A stretch of 63,494 bases of DNA, counting the filler, from Octopus bimaculoides (Eukaryota): NCBI RefSeq assembly GCF_001194135.2. It is 7 parts of 4 records of this genome, joined end to end, with 100 filler letters (N's around TTAATTAATTAA, not from the genome) between each part and the next. Parts side by side here need not be neighbours in the genome. Positions count along the whole stretch, not along the records: positions 1 to 31,076 come from NC_068983.1; 6 more parts are not named here. One strand, written 5' to 3'. Positions 14,444 to 26,783 of this stretch are shown here, piece after piece (the first letter of the stretch is position 1; each line of letters begins with the position of its first letter). The notes beneath the pieces are model-generated. The model did no database searches. It was not told where the DNA came from and worked only from the letters and a program-made list of their open reading frames with translations. The translations under genes and the position numbers were made by a program.

Positions 14444-14690
14444 CGGCTTTTGATTGTTGTTTTCACTGTCCATTTTTTCCTGTCTTGGTTTGTGTTTGCC
14501 ACCTTGGAATCCTCTGTGTAGTTGGTTGATCCACTACTCAGGAAGAGACTATTCTAGAGTACGTCCTGTCTGGTCTTCGAAACGTCTAGATAGAATAGAG
14601 ACAGCTGATGAAGGGATATTCCAAGGGGCTTTCCGTTTTCCTATGTGTTCGTTCCGTTGTCTGTAGTTTATTGTTCTAACGTTCTGTACC
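14444..14690 (+). mobile_element. Penelope-like pLTR remnant with degenerate hammerhead motif
   Basis: cta-CTCAGGA...GAA-ACGT-C-tag at 14534-14589 followed by CTGATGA at 14605-14611; lies just upstream of a GIY-YIG remnant. Confidence 0.45.
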
Positions 14691-14765
14691 CTGATATGCA
14701 TGTATATACACATGTAGATGTAAGTATGTACATATATGTGTGTATACATGTATATATATTCTTTG

Positions 14766-14800
<35 letters not shown>

Positions 14801-14919
14801 CCTGTTAAATAGGGATACATTTAATAATACTAACATTAATTTAGCTAATACCATCCACCACCTAGAAATATTAATAACAAAGTTATTGTATCAGACGTTG
14901 ATTACAACAGAATCAAGTT

Positions 14920-15280
14920 TATGTCAAATAACTCTAAGATTAAAAATTCTAGATACCACTGTAGAATTACTTCAGGTAACGATGTATTTTTATATAGGCA
15001 GTCCATCTTCTCATTTATCTAAAAGAATTTCTAATCATTACTCTACATTTAAGGATAGGAATAAACGTAACAGTACAGGGTTTAGTAAATTAATTTGGTA
15101 TCTAAAGACCACAATAAACAATTTAATTCAGATTGGTTGATTCTCTTAATTTCGATCCCTTATGATAAAGGCAAGGTATTCGGTCTTCTCTGTAATTCTG
15201 AACTATTTTTATTCTTTTTTTTTCTAAAAGTCCCCTTGTAATGGAGCGTGCATTCCGATATAAACATTGGTAGAAACACA
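14920..15280 (+). pseudogene. Penelope-like element GIY-YIG endonuclease remnant
   Basis: FYIGSPSSHLSKRISNHYSTFKDRNKRNSTGFSKLIWYLK, followed in an adjacent frame by PYDKG..LC, matches the PLE endonuclease pattern YIG...KR..NH..F...T.LS..W.LK...PY...C.LC. Confidence 0.75.
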
Positions 15281-18200
15281 CCTTTAGTTTGTATGTGTGT
15301 GCCTGTGTATGCGAGTGTGTATGTGTGCGGGTTGTGAGTAACGTTTTTTTTTTCATTAGGGAGTGCTGCGTAGATTGCAGTATTTGTAAACATGTGTGTG
15401 CGTGAGTGTGTGCCAGAGTGTGTATATTGTGTGCAGTGGGATGTGAGTTATGTACGTAAGTGTGTGAAAACGTGTGGAAAAATCAGCGGGGAGAGCAAAC
15501 AGGGAGAAAGGCAGAGAGAAGGAGAGGGATGGAAGTTAGAAGCTGTTACAAGGAGGGGAAGGTGAAGTCCTAACGGCATGTGTGTTCGTAAAGAGATGCA
15601 CCGTTGTTCCTTGCGAAGTCTTGTGGCGGCAGGTTCATGTTGTAAGGCCAGGCTAGGTATTGTGAGGTGTTGGGTGGAGTGGTTGGTCGAGTAGAAGCGG
15701 CGGACAAAAAGAATTTTTCTAGAGTCAGGTAACTCGAACACGTCTGCCAAACTCTAGAACCTGCAAAGGATACATTTCGGACAAAGGAAGTGGACCTATG
15801 TCACAGAAAAGGAAATTTTAATTCATAAATATTGTTTTTATGCGTGCAAGATTCAGTACACCAACCTTTGTTTTATTTTTCTATTCTATGCGACTGGGCC
15901 ATCAAAATGATTTCCCTTAGCTTTTTTATTTTTCGATTATACAAATTATGCTAGCAAATGATTTTCTCATTTTCTATAAGTAAAATTCTGTGTACCCAAA
16001 TAAGGCAGATTTGGTTAAGGTACGCCAGGGTGATGCGATTTGCCAGATTGAGGCATATTAACAGTTATTCCTTGATATAGAAACTGATCAACCATTCTTT
16101 TTCTTAAGTGTTTAAACCAGTTAGGGAAAGTAATTTATTAATTTCATGAAATTACCTCCCTATTCCTTTGAGTGTCGCTAACATTAGGTATTTGTTAACA
16201 TGTTCCAGCTAAACGGAGATTTGTTTTAATGAAAAATTTTCTTGGCTACGGCATTCATGGGATCTCTCTTTACTGAAAACGTAAAAATTAATATTATTCT
16301 TTACATGAAAGTACTGTTGCTTATAATAGTGCTCATTTGCTTTCATTCACGAATTTAATAAAACAATTAGAGAACACTCTCCAGTTTCGCATTGATTTCC
16401 AGTGCTTATTACGACCGTTTTTTAATAATTTGATTTCGTAATTACAACTGAAGAGGTCAATATAGTTAGAAGTTAGTACTGTTATAGTTCTTGCAATATC
16501 AAGAACAAACAGAGGATTGACTATGTATTGGATTCATTTCTACAGGCATAGAATGTTTAACAACATGAATTCTGACCTGTTTTGGCTATCTCTTGGGAAA
16601 CTAGCTACCCGCAATTGGAGCTCTGTAATGGAATAAAATCGATTAATTCGTCGCGATAACATGATGATTGTTCTATGGAAACGAGTTATTCAATAACATT
16701 TGTAGGCTGGTTCTACTGGCATATATGTGAATGACCTAAATGTCAGCCTAAAATGGAGATGTTCAAATATTTTTATAGTTAGTGATAACGTGGAATCCAT
16801 AACCATGAAATTAGGCCTGTGTCATGGACGTTAACGGATCGATGTATATGTGGCTTTCTGACTGTGGCTAACGAAAGAAATAAGAATATTTTATTTCGTA
16901 CTATATTTCAAGAAACGTTTTCTGTATCCTTTTCCTCTTACTGACACGTATAACAAGTGAGTTATGAACCCATTTCCAGTAGATATAAAAATATATACAT
17001 TTAACTTAAAACGAAGAAAATAGACTTCTTCATTGAGGTTAAGTTTCATTCAGTACGAATTATCACATGTGAAAAATGAGAGTTCAGAACTGGAATCCAA
17101 AACATTGAGGTATTAATACCATTCACCATTACATAGTTATATACGAAGACTTTCTCCCAGCTGTTTTATATAAAATCAAATAAACCGAAACAGGACTCAT
17201 ATGGAACCCAATCTACGCATAAAATAGTCCGCCATTTAACCTGTCGCTCGGAACATAGTATCAAGAAAACGGCATCAATCATCTCATTAAGCAAATATTT
17301 TTTTTAATACAGGCATATATTTAATTGCATATTCCGTTACATATATCATTCAAATGAGAGATGAAGCGGGGGAAAAAGTGTATGATTAGTTAATAAAATC
17401 AGCTGATTGAGTGAGAAGGCATTTAAAAAGCCTGATCTTCGTGAGAAACTTTTTTTAAGCTGAGGAAGTGAAAAACTGGGAAACTATTTTCTTATATATC
17501 TATAGTACCCCTCCGTTCACAAACATAGGACCGCAACATATAAATATATATATATNNNNNNNNNNNNNNNNNNNNNNNNNNNNNNNNNNNNNNNNNNNNN
17601 NNNNNNNNNNNNNNNNNNNNNNNNNNNNNNNNNNNNNNNNNNNNNNNNNNNNNNNNNNNNNNNNNNNNNNNNNNNNNNNNNNNNNNNNNNNNNNNNNNNN
17701 NNNNNNNNNNNNNNNNNNNNNNNNNNNNNNNNNNNNNNNNNNNNNNNNNNNNNNNNNNNNNNNNNNNNNNNNNNNNNNNNNNNNNNNNNNNNNNNNNNNN
17801 NNNNNNNNNNNNNNNNNNNNNNNNNNNNNNNNNNNNNNNNNNNNNNNNNNNNNNNNNNNNNNNNNNNNNNNNNNNNNNNNNNNNNNNNNNNNNNNNNNNN
17901 NNNNNNNNNNNNNNNNNNNNNNNNNNNNNNNNNNNNNNNNNNNNNNNNNNNNNNNNNNNNNNNNNNNNNNNNNNNNNNNNNNNNNNNNNNNNNNNNNNNN
18001 NNNNNNNNNNNNNNNNNNNNNNNNNNNNNNNNNNNNNNNNNNNNNNNNNNNNNNNNNNNNNNNNNNNNNNNNNNNNNNNNNNNNNNNNNNNNNNNNNNNN
18101 NNNNNNNNNNNNNNNNNNNNNNNNNNNNNNNNNNNNNNNNNNNNNNNNNNNNNNNNNNNNNNNNNNNNNNNNNNNNNNNNNNNNNNNNNNNNNNNNNNNN

Positions 18201-18639
18201 NNNNNNNNNNNNNNNNNNNNNNNNNNNNNNNNNNNNNNNNNNNNNNNNNNNNNNNNNNNNNNNNNNNNNNNNNNNNNNNNNNNNNNNNNNNNNNNNNNNN
18301 NNNNNNNNNNNNNNNNNNNNNNNNNNNNNNNNNNNNNNNNNNNNNNNNNNNNNNNNNNNNNNNNNNNNNNNNNNNNNNNNNNNNNNNNNNNNNNNNNNNN
18401 NNNNNNNNNNNNNNNNNNNNNNNNNNNNNNNNNNNNNNNNNNNNNNNNNNNNNNNNNNNNNNNNNNNNNNNNNNNNNNNNNNNNNNNNNNNNNNNNNNNN
18501 NNNNNNNNNNNNNNNNNNNNNNNNNNNNNNNNNNNNNNNNNNNNNNNNNNNTATATATATATATATATATATATTTAGATGGTGCACGTTGTTATTGAGC
18601 CACCTACTATGACTCCCAGAAGGTTATAATTTCGCTGGT

Positions 18640-18960
18640 AGCAAACCCGTACGAGAAAGGTTGTAACTTAAAAGCGTTTATTTGTTGCCTCTCGTACATA
18701 CACAATGGAATATCAAGCAGGATGGTTGGTGTGAAAGGGCCATGGTCTTCTGTACTATGCTCCTATCTGCTCGTTGACCCGAGGCCTAAGGTAGAGCCAT
18801 TCAAGTTGCGTCCTCATCGCTTGCAGAAAGAGAAAAGGAGATGAGGTCACGTGTCTGAACCTCAATGTTGTGTAGCGCCCTCTCTCTGTATAGTCAGCTT
18901 GCTTAGCCGCTGTCAAAGGGAGTAATCTTCTCACAGAGGCCCTTTCTTAGACCGGAACAG
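18640..18960 (+). other. GC-elevated segment, possibly a LINE 5' UTR with an HDV-like fold
   Basis: GC-elevated relative to flanks; P2/P3/L3/P1.1/P4-like pairings at 18744-18867. The family assignment is inference. Confidence 0.3.
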
Positions 18961-18988
18961 TCGGTTAATTGTAGTGTAGGCGGAGTGT

Positions 18989-19365
18989 GTGCGTGGAGGC
19001 GCAATGGCCCAGTGGTTAGGGCAGCGGACTCGCGGTATCGATTCCCAGACCGGGTGTTGTGAGTGTTTATTGAGAGAAAACACCTGAAGCTCCACGAGGC
19101 TCCGGCAGGGAATGGTGGCGACCCTGTTGTACTCTTCCACCACAACTTTCTCTCACTCTTTCTTCCTGTTTCTGTTGTACCTGTATTTCAAAGGGCTAGC
19201 CTTGTCACTGTGTCACGCTGAATATCCTCGAGAACTACGTTAAGCATACACGTGTCTGTGGAGTGCTCAGCCACTTGCACGTTAATTTCACGAGCAGGCT
19301 GTTCCGTTGATCGGATCGACTGGAACCCTCAACGTCGTAAGCGACGGAATGCCAACAACAACAAC
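18989..19365 (+). mobile_element. tRNA-derived SINE family B with 11-bp target-site duplication
   Basis: tRNA-like head and (CAA)n tail; TSD AGGCGGAGTGT at 18978-18988 and 19366-19376. Confidence 0.9.
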
Positions 19366-19474
19366 AGGCGGAGTGTACTAGTAGGGCAAAAAAAGAATGA
19401 ACTATGGCAAACGTTTCTATGAACAATTGAAAAAAAATAGAATACAAGGAAAAACATTCAGGCTATAGTAGAGG

Positions 19475-19560
19475 CTATATTAGAAGACACTAGCCGAAGG
19501 TGCCACGCAGTGGAACTGATACCGGAGCCACGTGGTTGCTAAGCAAGATACTTAGCTGCC
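19475..19560 (-). mobile_element. SINE family C head fragment
   Basis: Reverse complement of agaagacac...aaggtgccacgcagtggaactga..ccggagccacgtggtt matches the 50760-50840 head. Confidence 0.55.
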
Positions 19561-19564
19561 ACTC

Positions 19565-19575
19565 CTGTCTCTCTT

Positions 19576-19651
<76 letters not shown>

Positions 19652-19657
19652 TCTGTC

Positions 19658-19701
<44 letters not shown>

Positions 19702-19724
19702 TCTCTCTCCCTCTCTCTCTTTCT
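19565..19724. repeat. (CT)n-rich microsatellite
   Basis: Directly visible. Confidence 0.95.
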
Positions 19725-20056
19725 CAGCTTGCGGCTTCAAAGCGACGAAAATATCTTAACACAAATTACATTTAAATGTTGAAGTGAATCTAACTGTTTT
19801 TCGTGTATTTTTAAATGGTTTCTAAACACCTTCCACGCTGCAATTGTTTTTATTTCAGCACACGATCTCAGAGTAGCTCACATGCTATACAAGTACCTCT
19901 CCGTAATACACACACACATACACACACATACTCACACACACACAGATATATATATATACATATATGGGAGAATATACAAATAATAACAACAGACGAGGAC
20001 AGGTGGTGTAAATAACAAAAAATATATATTAGTATGACGCTCGGGAATACGGAAAG

Positions 20057-20093
20057 TCTTTGACGTTTCGAGCTACGCTCTTCAACATAAAGA
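20057..20093 (-). ncRNA. Minimal type I hammerhead ribozyme motif, core damaged
   Basis: Minus: TCTTT-ATGTTGA-A-GAGC(gta)GCTC-GAA-ACGT-C-AAAGA. Stem I is 5 bp, stem II is 4 bp, helix III is the palindrome ACGT, and the core deviates from CUGANGA at two positions. Confidence 0.55.
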
Positions 20094-23000
20094 ATACGGA
20101 GACAAGGAGAAAAACACGGAGAAATATATATANNNNNNNNNNNNNNNNNNNNNNNNNNNNNNNNNNNNNNNNNNNNNNNNNNNNNNNNNNNNNNNNNNNN
20201 NNNNNNNNNNNNNNNNNNNNNNNNNNNNNNNNNNNNNNNNNNNNNNNNNNNNNNNNNNNNNNNNNNNNNNNNNNNNNNNNNNNNNNNNNNNNNNNNNNNN
20301 NNNNNNNNNNNNNNNNNNNNNNNNNNNNNNNNNNNNNNNNNNNNNNNNNNNNNNNNNNNNNNNNNNNNNNNNNNNNNNNNNNNNNNNNNNNNNNNNNNNN
20401 NNNNNNNNNNNNNNNNNNNNNNNNNNNNNNNNNNNNNNNNNNNNNNNNNNNNNNNNNNNNNNNNNNNNNNNNNNNNNNNNNNNNNNNNNATATATATATA
20501 TATATGTATCTATATCCAATGAGTATGTCCGTACATTACTGTCCGATTCTCTAATGGAGGTACTGTTTATGCAAGTTTAAGCCATTGGATACCATGTGTA
20601 TACCTTTGATGTTATTAGTCAAAGAGGTAGCTCTTCCTTCCCGTTCTTCGTTCTTGAAATAACAGAGATATCTCATAAATCCTAAAAGATTGTTGTAAAA
20701 TCAAGTATAAACTGCATAACGTAGATATAGATATATAAAATAGGTTAAAATGTCAGAGCTAGAAGAACTTCGATCAAAGATCTGCTCCTTCAAGGGCAAC
20801 GTAGGGCCAAACACCTTCAGTAACTGTATTATGTAATAGAGGTTTTCTTAAAGGTATCTAGGTTATATTGCGATGGGAAGATTTAATACTTTAATAACAT
20901 CTTATTACTGGTATTTCCTTTCCCAGTTCTGAAGTCAACAGTTTTGTTAATAAAACATTGAAATATATAACTTTTATCTGCGTGTAACACGGGTTATTAT
21001 TTGGAACACTGCCAGAATGTTGCATGACCATAACTGACCTAGCCTATGATAAAGACGGGGAAAAAAAAGACAGATTCTTTATAAATATATACTGTGCAAT
21101 TTTTCTTATCTTTGCATTGCAAATGAAAACACTTTCCCGGCATTTTTTCCGATATAGTGACATAACTTTTGTGTTGAGCATTATTAATGAGAGAGAGGAA
21201 ACTTGAGAGCGGTATGAGTGAGAGAGAGAGAGAGAGAGAGTAAAAAGAAAGTAAAAAAAGGAGAACGGAGTGAACGAAGAAAGTGATAGAGACAATGGTA
21301 CAGAATTTAGAAATCAGAAGATACCAAATCTGAAGGAGGAAGAAATATACACAGAATCGAGTTTTTGAACTTTCCCCTTGATACTTAATCTAAGAAGGGG
21401 GTTTTTTTGTTTATGTACTTTGTTTTTATGAAAAGCAAAAGTAAAGGAAAGAAAAAATGCAAAAAGAAAAAAAAAATCCTTGGAAATATTCATGTCCAAT
21501 ATTTTCCCTGGATTTATTTTATTTTATTTTTACATGACAATTCGCTCAATTGTTATAGCAGAGTCTGGATAGAATATTGATATTCAGAAAGAGAAATTAT
21601 TTTGATAAATGGCATTCATTCCTAGGCAAGACTGATCTTGATATCTATGTTTTTTTTACGTTCTTGGTAATTTTTCAATGATAGAGGAGAGTTGAATAGA
21701 ACGCAGTAACAAAGAAAACCGCAAAACAAGATATATTGAATGGCTATACTGCTTTTATAAAAAGAAATTTCGAAAATTTATTGTAACTAATATCATTCGA
21801 TTTCATATTATATTTATGATATATCATTCTTCTCTTCCTTCCGTTCTAACTAATCTTCATTCCCATCCTTATAATCATTATATGTATTATTGTACTTCCT
21901 ATACTCGTGTTGTTTCTTCCGAAAGAATTTTACTTTTCTCTTGCTTCTCCTTCTTTCATATAATTCCACATCTTTCATTTTGCTGGAGAAGCATAGATGT
22001 GATTTACAGCTGACTGGGCCTTATACATCGGCGAATCTTCAGTTTCCTTACAATTATGGCCATAAAATTTATGTCTCAGGCTAGCTAATTTAAATTTTGA
22101 TGGAATAGTCTAGTTAAGCATATTTGCACTGTTAAAGCAAAATGGAAATATTTGAAATCCAATGTAATTAAATAATGACTTCGTGGGATTATAATTGAAA
22201 TTAAAAGGCTCATATATTTCCAGTGAATGAAACAAAATTCAGCCAATATTTCAATGAATGGCTGTATGCAAACGAAATCTGTAAAGCTGCTAATTTAATA
22301 AACACATCAGTGCCGTAATATAACAATGTGCTTTAAATTTAGCGAGGAGGCTAATACAAAATAACTAAATCAACGTAATATCGACCTCAATCTAATCTAC
22401 ATTAGTAAAACTATGCCCAAAGGTGTTCCAGGCAGGACATTCCTGCGTATTTTTCATGTACACTATAGTATAGTTGCTATTAAGTTTTGTTCTCATATTA
22501 GGGACGGTGGTGCTACTATCCACGCTTACCAGAACGTATTTTCAAAAACCGATAACAGTATTTAAATCATAAACGAGTTCTCTCCTTCCTGTACGTTTTC
22601 TTCTTCACCCTGAGTGGCCTTTTCTCAATGAAACTAACCTTGTGCTATTCAAACACTCATGGATGGGTCTTCTTTCCAACTGTCGAACCCCATATTGCTT
22701 TTCCTCACAAAACATTGCACTAGAAATTATCTCCAAATCCTTCCTTCTCTGAACGACACTTTGCAGGAATTCACCATTGGCCATATTTTCTCTACAACTG
22801 TCAAACGTTGTTCGACAGAAACCTTAAATTGTTCGGTACCGCTGCTCACAAGTGGTCTGCGAGTGTCACTGACTCACACTATATCTTCCTTACAGAACTA
22901 TATTAAAACAAAAGTATCAAGAATAACTTTTTTCTGAGTCATTTGTTTAAGACAGCACAGGTCAGAAGCATATTTGGCTGTAATTTGTATCATATCGAAT

Positions 23001-24010
23001 GACAGGAGTGGAGACTCTGTTGTCGGTTTGGTCTACTCCAAAGTATTATAAAGTAGTTATCGTGGTGGTTAGATTTCTTTCGAGATTTTAATATTTCAGT
23101 TTATATTCTGATATTGAATCCCACAGAGTAGATTATACACCATACCGATGCAATCGGTGACATAACATCTGATAATATACTGATAAAAATTATGAAAGTA
23201 TAAGAATTCCCAGCAGGAAACTGTAAACCATACAGGAACCATGCGACATACTAATTCTCAAGCATTTATAGCGTTTTAGCTGTAGACATTTTGACACAGA
23301 TGTTTGCCGATGTCTAATATTTCCTTCTCTATGGGCAGCCAACTCATGATAGATTTGTAGAGGTTATGGGTCATACGGTGTGTTTAGGGAATATAAACTT
23401 GGTGAAGATAATCGCCATCAAGGTTGGGGTACAACAGTTATCTTGTAGACAGAAAGAGAGAACAGAGAAAGAGATAAAGATGGAGAGCGAGAAAGAAAGA
23501 GAGAGAGAGAGAGAGGCACACAGGCAGACAGACAGAGAGAGAAAGGGAGAGAAGAAAGACAGTGTAAGAATAAACCTCAGTGTAATGATGACTAGTTTAT
23601 CGATTCAGAAAGGTTGAAGGGAAAGTTAACATGGGGGAATTTGAATTTAGACCACAAAACCTCGGAGCAAAACATCCTAGTTGACGATTTAGCGACCGAA
23701 CCTATTCGCTTTCTTTGATCTCGTAGTTTGTAGTATTGCTATTGTATGATTAATACTTATATCTTTTTCTCACGTAAACAAGATGGACCGCGTCAACAAG
23801 CTAAGCTGCTTTAAAAGAAAATCGATCATATACAGAGAAAGAGAGAGAGACAGACAGACAGACAGAGAGAAACATATACGCATAAACACACCAATACGCG
23901 CAAACACAGACACACTCAAACATACACACACAAACGCTCACATACACACATTTTTATGAAGTTGTAAACGGATAGACAGAAGGGTGGGAAAGAAATAGAG
24001 GTCTTGCCCA

Positions 24011-24061
<51 letters not shown>

Positions 24062-24720
24062 ATATATATATAATTATAATTATAAATATACAGGGATTAG
24101 CAATTGAGTTGCTTCTCCAACATNNNNNNNNNNNNNNNNNNNNNNNNNNNNNNNNNNNNNNNNNNNNNNNNNNNNNNNNNNNNNNNNNNNNNNNNNNNNN
24201 NNNNNNNNNNNNNNNNNNNNNNNNNNNNNNNNNNNNNNNNNNNNNNNNNNNNNNNNNNNNNNNNNNNNNNNNNNNNNNNNNNNNNNNNNNNNNNNNNNNN
24301 NNNNNNNNNNNNNNNNNNNNNNNNNNNNNNNNNNNNNNNNNNNNNNNNNNNNNNNNNNNNNNNNNNNNNNNNNNNNNNNNNNNNNNNNNNNNNNNNNNNN
24401 NNNNNNNNNNNNNNNNNNNNNNNNNNNNNNNNNNNNNNNNNNNNNNNNNNNNNNNNNNNNNNNNNNNNNNNNNNNNNNNNNNNNNNNNNNNNNNNNNNNN
24501 NNNNNNNNNNNNNNNNNNNNNNNNNNNNNNNNNNNNNNNNNNNNNNNNNNNNNNNNNNNNNNNNNNNNNNNNNNNNNNNNNNNNNNNNNNNNNNNNNNNN
24601 NNNNNNNNNNNNNNNNNNNNNNNNNNNNNNNNNNNNNNNNNNNNNNNNNNNNNNNNNNNNNNNNNNNNNNNNNNNNNNNNNNNNNNNNNNNNNNNNNNNN
24701 NNNNNNNNNNNNNNNNNNNN

Positions 24721-24855
24721 GTTAGTAAATTTATCGACCCTGAATGGATGAAAGGCAAAGTCGACCTCGCCGGATTTTGAACTCAGAACGTAAAGGCAGA
24801 CGAAATAGTGTTAGGCATTTCGCCCGGTGTGGTAACGTTTCTGCCAGCACGCCGC
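24721..24855 (-). mobile_element. SINE family A, 5' half (3' part in gap)
   Basis: aaaggcaaagtcgacctcgccggattttgaactcagaacgtaaag...catttcgcccgg matches the reverse complement of 35512-35640. Confidence 0.8.
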
Positions 24856-24901
24856 ATTAAATGTAAGAAATATAAACGGATAAAAAATGTGCAAAGCGTC
24901 T

Positions 24902-25790
24902 ACGAAGGTGGGCTGTAAAGTTCATAGGCTGATTATGAAGGAGTGATGCCAGAGCTGTGAAATCTTGCATACATTAATTGCCTCTTTTCTTATTCATACC
25001 CGCATTGTTTCTTTCAAGGTGAATTGATATCTCACCGTTCAAACGACTTGAAATGTCACCAGTAGAGAATTTACTTTAAAATGGACGACATCTGGCATCG
25101 TGGTGTTACCAAGTAACTGTAGAAAAAATTGTTTAGCCGCCAAAAAAATTATGGAGACATGATTATTACATGAGGAAATGATGCTGCAGCTTTATCAACA
25201 GTGCAAAATTGAGCTGCTGAATTTAGGAAGGGAAAGGAACAGTCTTGAAGATGATTCAACATCTGAATATACTGGAACTACTAACATCGAGGAAAAAATT
25301 GATTGTATTCACCACATGGTGATGAACGAGAGCCGACTGGCTGTAAATCAAATGCCAATGCTATTAGCTTATCACCTGAGAGAGTTGAAAATATTCTGCA
25401 CAATGAGCTTGGCACGACGAAGGTTTCTGCTCAGTGAGTGCCACGTCTTCTGACATCAGATCAAAAACTGATCACATAATATGAAAATCTGATAACGTTT
25501 GAGGCAGATCCAGCTGGTTTCCTTCAACGTGAGGATGAGTGTTGGCTTCATCACTTTCAGCCAGAGACAAGGTGACAATTCATGCAGTGTAAACGGTCTT
25601 CCTCACCTGCTTAATTTCAGTGGCTGTTGTGCATGACCGTGGCTTTGAACTGGTTGGTCACCTTACGTATTCTTCTGATTTGGTTTCACCTGACTATCAT
25701 CTGTTCCCCAACATGGATTAAACTTGGCTGGGAAACAGTATGGCAGTGATGATGACGCCATACCTGGTGTTTGGACATCCTTGTAACTTA
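24902..25790 (+). pseudogene. Decayed mariner transposase, internally deleted
   Basis: TA-CGAAGG.. TIR-like start; *VPRLL (the WVPR motif with a stop) at ~25435-25453; DLVSPDYHLFPNM (SPDL motif) at ~25677-25715; many stops and frameshifts. Confidence 0.75.
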
Positions 25791-26344
25791 TTTGCTTTTT
25801 GTTCACCCAAATTCGAGCTGTGCGGAAGATACCGGACGGACTTGATGCCAAAACTTAGTACCGAATTGAATTGAATCTTAATTATTCATGATAAGTAAAT
25901 AAATATGAATATATATATGAATATATATATATATATATATATATANNNNNNNNNNNNNNNNNNNNNNNNNNNNNNNNNNNNNNNNNNNNNNNNNNNNNNN
26001 NNNNNNNNNNNNNNNNNNNNNNNNNNNNNNNNNNNNNNNNNNNNNNNNNNNNNNNNNNNNNNNNNNNNNNNNNNNNNNNNNNNNNNNNNNNNNNNNNNNN
26101 NNNNNNNNNNNNNNNNNNNNNNNNNNNNNNNNNNNNNNNNNNNNNNNNNNNNNNNNNNNNNNNNNNNNNNNNNNNNNNNNNNNNNNNNNNNNNNNNNNNN
26201 NNNNNNNNNNNNNNNNNNNNNNNNNNNNNNNNNNNNNNNNNNNNNNNNNNNNNNNNNNNNNNNNNNNNNNNNNNNNNNNNNNNNNNNNNNNNNNNNNNNN
26301 NNTATATATATATATATATATATGTATATGTGTGTGTGGGTGTA

Positions 26345-26565
26345 TCTGTATGTGTCTCGCATCACTGTTTGACAACTGGTGTTCGTGCATGTTTAAGTTT
26401 CTGTAACTTAGCGGCTCGGCGAAAAGGGTCGATAGAATAAATACCAGACTTTAAGAAATATTTAATCACTGGGATAGATTTTGTTTCACTATAAATTCAT
26501 CAAGCTGGTGCTCCAGCATCGTTATAGTCTAATGATTGAAACAAATTAAAAAAAAGATAAAACGA
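26345..26565 (+). mobile_element. SINE family C, 3' half
   Basis: tttgacaactggtg...gtaacttagcggctcggcgaaaag...ggtgctccagcat...tgattgaaacaa matches 50970-51140. Confidence 0.65.
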
Positions 26566-26783
26566 AACTCTGCTTATTTTCGGGGCAGGGTCCCAAAGTT
26601 ATAGTTCATCATCATTCTGTAATGTAAATTCATGGTTCTCTTGTTTACACATGCATACATACACACACGCACATATATATGCACACATACATACATATAT
26701 ATATGCGCATGCTTGCATATATATATGTGTGCATGCAAATACATATACACATACGCACACATACACATGCGAGTATTATTGTA

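Noticed and set aside
20749-20835. Short ATG frame MSELEELRSKICSFKG
   Set aside because: Fewer than 30 codons, weak donor and no support.
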